This document shows, one piece after another, positions 51,470 to 56,846 of a stretch of DNA of 56,846 nt (positions within the stretch are counted from its first letter, which is position 1; each line of letters begins with the position of its first letter). The notes under the pieces were generated by a model. The model ran no database searches, was not told where the DNA came from, and saw nothing but the letters and a program-made list of their open reading frames with translations. The position numbers were made by a program, and so were the translations under genes. This stretch comes from Isurus oxyrinchus. Taxonomy: Eukaryota. The stretch lies in the NCBI GenBank assembly GCA_026770705.1, contig JANJGN010000189.1, positions 930,001 through 986,846 of the forward strand. The letters are read 5' to 3'.

Positions 51470-51668
51470 ACTGAATCTCTGTCCCCAATGACTCAGCATC
51501 AAGTCGTCACTGGGGAAACATTTCATTCCAAACCACACCAACCACAGACCCATTCAGTCCCTTCCTCCCTCTCTCCCCCTGTCCCCCAGTGGGTTGTCTC
51601 ATGTTCCCAAGAATCTTCATCCCTGCCACCATCCACAAACCTCCTGACCACCTCTGCCTTTTTCACGC

Positions 51669-51917
51669 TCAGTTTCTCTTGAATCTGATCTGTGCGTATT
51701 CCGTCTGCTCTTCCCTGTGGACAGACCCATCACCACTGGGCACCCTGAAGACTTGGGGATTGGCGTAGAGAAACTCGTCAGGATTGTCGGGGTTCCCATG
51801 TCCAGCATTGCCTCCCACTGCACATTCAGAGACACCCTGGGGAGCTGGGGTCTCCCCCTCGCTAGTTGTGTCTCTGGTTGTGTTCCGGGGCTCAGTAATC
51901 AGCACGTTCTGTTTACC
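51669..51917 (-). CDS. Inhibitory-type Siglec terminal cytoplasmic exon, copy B
   Basis: Acceptor ttctctgtag|GGT (phase 0); GKQNVLITEP...EFLYANP...EQTEYAQIRFKRN*; TEYAQI matches the distal TxYxxI Siglec motif; AATAAA at 51056-51061. Confidence 0.8.
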   Translation of the reverse strand, partial: GKQNVLITEPRNTTRDTTSEGETPAPQGVSECAVGGNAGHGNPDNPDEFLYANPQVFRVPSGDGSVHREEQTEYAQIRFKRN

Positions 51918-52472
51918 CTACAGAGAAATGGAAACAGAAGGCATCCTCACATCATTTACTGGCACTGATAGGGTTAAAATATTCTGCAGCCTCGTTAGTG
52001 TCAGTCGTGGGTCAGTGGGTTTAACCCTCTCTCACATGTCTTATGAAAGAAAACACCTATGGCAGTGCAGTGCTCCCTCAGTACTGACCCTTCGATAGTG
52101 GAGCACTTCCTCAATGCTGACCATCCAACAGTGCAGCACTCCCTCAGTACTGACCCTCCGACAGTGCAGCGCTCCCTCAGTACTGACCCTCCAGCAGTGC
52201 AGCGCTCCCTCAGTACTGACCCTCCGACAGTACAGGTCTTCCTCAGTACTGACCCTCTGACAGTGCAACACTCCCTCAGTACTGACCCTCTGACAGTGCA
52301 GCACTCCCTCAGTACTGACCCTCTGTCAGTCTCGCACTCCCTCGGTAATGGCTCTGGCGAGTGTCGGCTTGGATTCTGCACTCAGGTGCCTGGTGTGAGG
52401 CTCAATAACATGAATCTTGTAATCAGAGAGAGGATGAGAGAGAGAGAGAGAGATGAAGGGTCAGAGACTGAG

Positions 52473-53230
52473 CGTTATGAATCTATTAATGTATGTATTG
52501 TAATTGGAAATTGTCTTTTTAAACAGAGGTTTAGTCTGTGGGTGTGTGTGTGTGTGTTTTAATTGGATTAAAGCCAGCCGGTCTGGGTACTTTTATGTAT
52601 AGTAGTTTTGAGATGTAAACAAAGAGGTAAAGAGGCATATTGCATTTTTAAAAGGAGGATTCAAAGCCTGGGAGTGAATTCTTAAACCAATCAATGTTTA
52701 TATTACTAATAAAATTGATACTATGAAACGGGATTTATAGTTAGAAGAGATGGAGATCAAAGGTCCTGATGATACAATGAGAATTTACATTCAAAGAGAA
52801 GAGCTGGGTATAACTTGAGCAGTTTTGTGTGTGCAGAGCAGAGGCTTGTAACATCAAAGCAGCTGTAAGCCTACACCTGTCTGCAAAGGAACCAAAGTGA
52901 AAGGAACCTCATTTGGAATTTGTGAGGTGAAAATGCTTCGCTTGGAATCTGCTTAAAGTCTATGGGTTGTCTTAGAGGACGTTAGTTTGGGAATTTGTTA
53001 AAAAGTTATGATAGTACTAGCTTGTAGCCATGTGCATATGATTAACTTGTGAAAATTAATAAATGTCTCATGTAGTTTGATATAAACCCATCTCAAGAAC
53101 TGATGGTCTTATTCCTGAATTTAGAGCTGCATCTCAAACATTCCACTGGGAAATATAGGTTATGACAGTTGTTTAAAGTTTCCCTCTGGGATTTTAAACA
53201 ACAGCCTTTACCAGTTGCTGTGACATAACA
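52473..53230 (+). mobile_element. Solo LTR
   Basis: (C)GTTATG...CATAACA inverted termini; homologous to 48022-48850. Confidence 0.7.
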
Positions 53231-53365
53231 GAGAGACAGCATGATACTGAACCATTGCTGACTCCACAGGTACAAATCAGTGGGTAACCTGGCTGGGAAT
53301 CTGGGACATGTGTTGTCTACACACTGAGATAGAAGCTTTGGAGTGAGTGTAAACAGCTCCTGTAC

Positions 53366-53447
53366 CTGGTGCTTCACAGAGAGTGGACTGGGGGTCAATA
53401 CAATGTCACTGGTCCCTGAAACTCTCTCCTCCATCGCTGTCTTTCTC
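53366..53447 (-). CDS. Siglec membrane-proximal cytoplasmic exon (R-RKTAMEERVSGTSDIVLTPSPLSVKHQ)
   Basis: Acceptor ttgttattacag|G (phase 2), donor CAG|GTACAG (phase 0), 82 nt, in frame with the 51917 exon; basic start typical of a post-TM exon. Confidence 0.65.
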
Positions 53448-53579
53448 CTGTAATAACAAAATATCACACTGTGGTTATCATATAGCAGAGAGTCAGTGTA
53501 GCACAGACACAGAGCCCACTGTAATCTTAGACCAACGACTGGGACTGTCTCTTTAAATCAGTTCTATACAAAGCACAGA

Positions 53580-54045
53580 ATCAAGAAGCTTGACACCATC
53601 CAGGACAAAGCAGCCCGATTGATCTACACCCCATCCACCACATTAAACATTCACTCCCTCCACAACGAACACACAGTGGAAGCAGTGTGTGTACCATCTA
53701 CAAGATGCACTGCAGCAACTCAGCAAGGCTCCTTCAACAGCACCTTCCAAACCCACGACCTCTACCATCTAAAAGGACAAGGGCAGCAGACACATGGGAA
53801 CACCACCACCTGGAAGTTCCCCTCCAAGCCACTCACCATCCTGACTTGGAAATATATCATCGTTCCTTCACTGTCACTGGGTCAAAATCCTGGAACTCCC
53901 TCCCTAACAGCACTGTGGGTGTACCTACACCACATGGACTGCAGTGGGTCAAGAAGGCTGATCACCACCACCTTCTCAAGGGCAATTAGGGATGGGCATT
54001 AATGCTGGCATCACCAGTGACAGCCACATTCGATGTAAGAATTAA
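53580..54045 (+). mobile_element. CR1-clade LINE 3' end
   Basis: KKLDTIQDKAARLI..IYKMHCSNS.RLLQQHLPNP; same family as 21210-23415 and 50520-50790 (reverse). Confidence 0.85.
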
Positions 54046-54366
54046 AAATCTCACAGCTCAATGTATTTATTGGGATCCTCCTGCACACACGCCCTGTCGA
54101 AGGAGCCTTTGTGGTTCCATTGTTAATCGAAGCAGATCAGACTTACTGCAACTACTTGCATTTATATAGCACCTTTAATGTAGCAAAATGTCCCAAGGCT
54201 CATCCGGGAATTGTTAGTCACATCTTCACCTGACTCTGAGGCACATGAGGAGATATAAGGGACAGGAGACCAACAGCTGAGTCAACAAAGTCAGTTATTA
54301 ACGGGCATCTTAAAGGAGGAGCTGGAGATAGAGAATGAGTGACAGACACAGAAAGAAAGACAAAGA

Positions 54367-54405
<39 letters not shown>

Positions 54406-54602
54406 TGAATCTCTATCCCCAGTGGCTCAGCATCCAGTCCTCTCTGGAGAAGCATTTCATTCCAAACCACACCAACCGCAGCCCAATCGCATCCCTTCCT
54501 CCCTCTCTCCCCCTGTCCCCCGGTGGGTTGTTTCCTGTTCCCAGGAATCTCAATCACTACCCCCACCCCCACACCTCCTCACTCTCACTCCCCATTTCTC
54601 AT

Positions 54603-54851
54603 TCAGTTATGCTCGAACCTGATCTGTGCGTATTCCGTCTCCTCTTCCCTGTGGACAGACCCATCATCACTGGACATCCTCAATACTTGGGGATTGGCGT
54701 AGAGAAGGCCGTTGGGATTGTCGATGTGCCAATGTCCAGCATCGCCTCCCAATGCACCTTCAGAGAGACCCCGGGGAGCTGGGGTCTCCCCCTCACTAGT
54801 TGTGTCTCTGGTTGTGTTCCGGGGCTCAGTAATCAGCACGTTCTGTTTACC
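54603..54851 (-). CDS. Inhibitory-type Siglec terminal cytoplasmic exon, copy A
   Basis: Same acceptor as copy B; GKQNVLITEP...GLLYANP...EETEYAQIRFEHN*; AATAAA at 54066-54071. Confidence 0.8.
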   Translation of the reverse strand, partial: GKQNVLITEPRNTTRDTTSEGETPAPRGLSEGALGGDAGHWHIDNPNGLLYANPQVLRMSSDDGSVHREEETEYAQIRFEHN

Positions 54852-55329
54852 CTACAGAGAAATGGAAACAGAAGACATCCTCACATTATTTACTGGCACT
54901 GATAGGGTTAAATTATTGAGCAGCCTCATTAGTGTCAGTCTTGTCTCAGTGGGTTTAACCCTCTCTCTCATGTCATCTGAAAGAAACCACCTATGGCAGT
55001 GCAGTGCTCCCTCAGTACTGACCCCCCCGACTGTGCAGCACATCCTCAATAGTGACCCTCTGTCAGTCTCACACTCCCTCATTACTGACCCTCTGTCAGT
55101 CTCACACTCCCTCTGTACAGTGCAGCACTTCCTTAGCACTGACCCTCTGACAGTGCAGCACTTCCTTAGCACTGACCCTCTGACAGTGCAGCACTCCCTC
55201 GGAACTGACCCTCCATCAGTGCAGCGCTCACTCAGTACTGACCCTCCAACAGTGCAGCAATCCCTTAGCACTGACCCTCTGACAGTGCAGCACTCACTCA
55301 GTACTGACCCTCCATCAGTGCAGCACTCC

Positions 55330-56846
55330 CTTAGCCCTGACCCTCTGACAGTGCAGCACTCCCTCAGTACTGACCGTCTGACAATGCAGCACCCCCTCAG
55401 TACTGACCCTCCGACTGTGCAGTCCCCCGCCGGTACTGACCCTCTGACAGTGCAGCACTCCAAGACTGACCGTCTGACAATGCAGCACCCCCTCAGTACT
55501 GACCCTCCGACTGTCCTGCCCCCCCGCCGGTACTGACCCTCCGACAGCTCGGTAATTTCTCAATTATGCCTGGTGGTCCTTTTAACTCAGAGCTGAGAGT
55601 TGCAGAGAATCGAGCACACATCCTGAACTGACACTTGCAGTGCAAGTACTGGGAGCGCGCTGGTCATTATCATGCTGCTGTCTGTGGGATCTTACTGTGC
55701 GCCAATGGCTGATTCTTTTCCCACAGTACATCAGTGACCTCACATGAAAGAAAAAAACCACTTGATTGTCTGCGAAACACTTTGGGACGTCCTGATGTGT
55801 TGGAAGGCGCTAGAGAAATGCAAGTCCTCTTTGTCTTTCACTCGATCCTCTAAGGTGTCTGTTGATTAACCAGCCTCTCGGTGTTTGATGTAGGCCTGGT
55901 TATAAACAGGTAGAAGGATCAAATATCAAAAGTGCTTTGGCTGACAGTCAAACCGATTGTGCATTCGGAGAGATTAGATATGGTCTGCACACAATGACTC
56001 CAGTCTCTGGCACTGACTGCCGCCTGGGGTCTCCCTTCCACATAACACTCACAACTTGCATTTACACAGCGCCTCTGATATTGCAAAATGTCCCCGCCCA
56101 CATTACCGGAGCGTAAATCAGAGAGAAGTCTAACACTGAGTCACATATGGAGATATTAGGGTTAGGTGACCAAAAGCTTGGTCAAAGATGTCAGTTTTTA
56201 AGGAGCGTCTTAAAGGAGAGAGAGAGAGAGAGGCAGAGAGGTTAAGGGAGGGCATTCCGGAGCTCAGGGCCCCAGGCAGCTGAAGGCACGGCCACCAATG
56301 GTGGAGCGATGGGAATCAGGGGGACCCGGGAGATGCAGTAATGTCAGAGATTTTGGAGGAACATCGGGACCGGAGGAGGTGTTCTCCTGCTCCATATCTC
56401 TCTCTCTCTTCCTCTCATCCACTCCTCCTCTCCCTGTCTCTCTCTCTCCTACTCTTCCTCTCAATTGCCCTCTCTCCCAATCTTTCTCTCCTCTCTCCCT
56501 TTTCCTGTCTCTCTCCCTCTCTCTCCCCTGTCTCCTTCTCCCACTCTGTATCTCTCCCTCTCTCTCACACTATTTTTGTACCTTTCGCTCACTCTGTAAC
56601 TCTCCCTTTTCTGTTAATTTCTCTCTCTTGGACAATCTCTCTTCCCTTTTCACTTTCCCTCACTCTGCATCACTTCTTTAATTTCTCCCTCTGTCACTCT
56701 CTCCCACCTATGTTCTTTCCCTTTCACCCCTCCCCGTCCCACTCTCTGTCTCTCTCTTCCAATCCCTCCCTCCCCCATTCCATCCCTCTCTCCGACTCTC
56801 GACTCCCAGCCTCTCTTTAACCCACTCCCAGGCTGGATCAGTCTCC
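55330..56846 (-). repeat. Segmental duplication, arm 2 (inverted copy of 16555-18060), running off the window end
   Basis: The last bases gtctcc pair with ggagac at 16555-16560; colinear back to the 33-bp minisatellite. Confidence 0.95.

Overview
Eukaryotic, repeat-rich vertebrate DNA, most likely from a cartilaginous fish (shark). This is inferred from the DeuSINE/CR1/L2 repeats and the 33-bp and 37-bp minisatellites, not from a database search. There are two N gaps. The window is part of a Siglec-family (CD33/MAG/sialoadhesin-like) receptor cluster. (1) On the minus strand lies an apparently intact activating-type Siglec gene with an unusual layout: two duplicated promoter/5'UTR/signal-peptide cassettes, FOUR intact tandem V-set exons (all phase 1-1, differing mainly in the ligand-binding loops, one lacking the essential sialic-acid-binding Arg), a single C2-set exon, a dead third Ig exon, and one TM exon with an intramembrane Arg and a short tail with no tyrosine. 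(2) Upstream on the same strand are two duplicated sets of tyrosine-motif cytoplasmic exons from an inhibitory-type Siglec whose ectodomain lies outside the window. (3) On the plus strand is a Siglec pseudogene cut off by Gypsy sequence, whose 3' intron is an inverted duplicate of the window end. The best candidate for a new system is a variable-exon/constant-exon Siglec (choice of V exons feeding one activating constant region) next to an inhibitory partner. Most ORF-track entries are repeat-derived noise.
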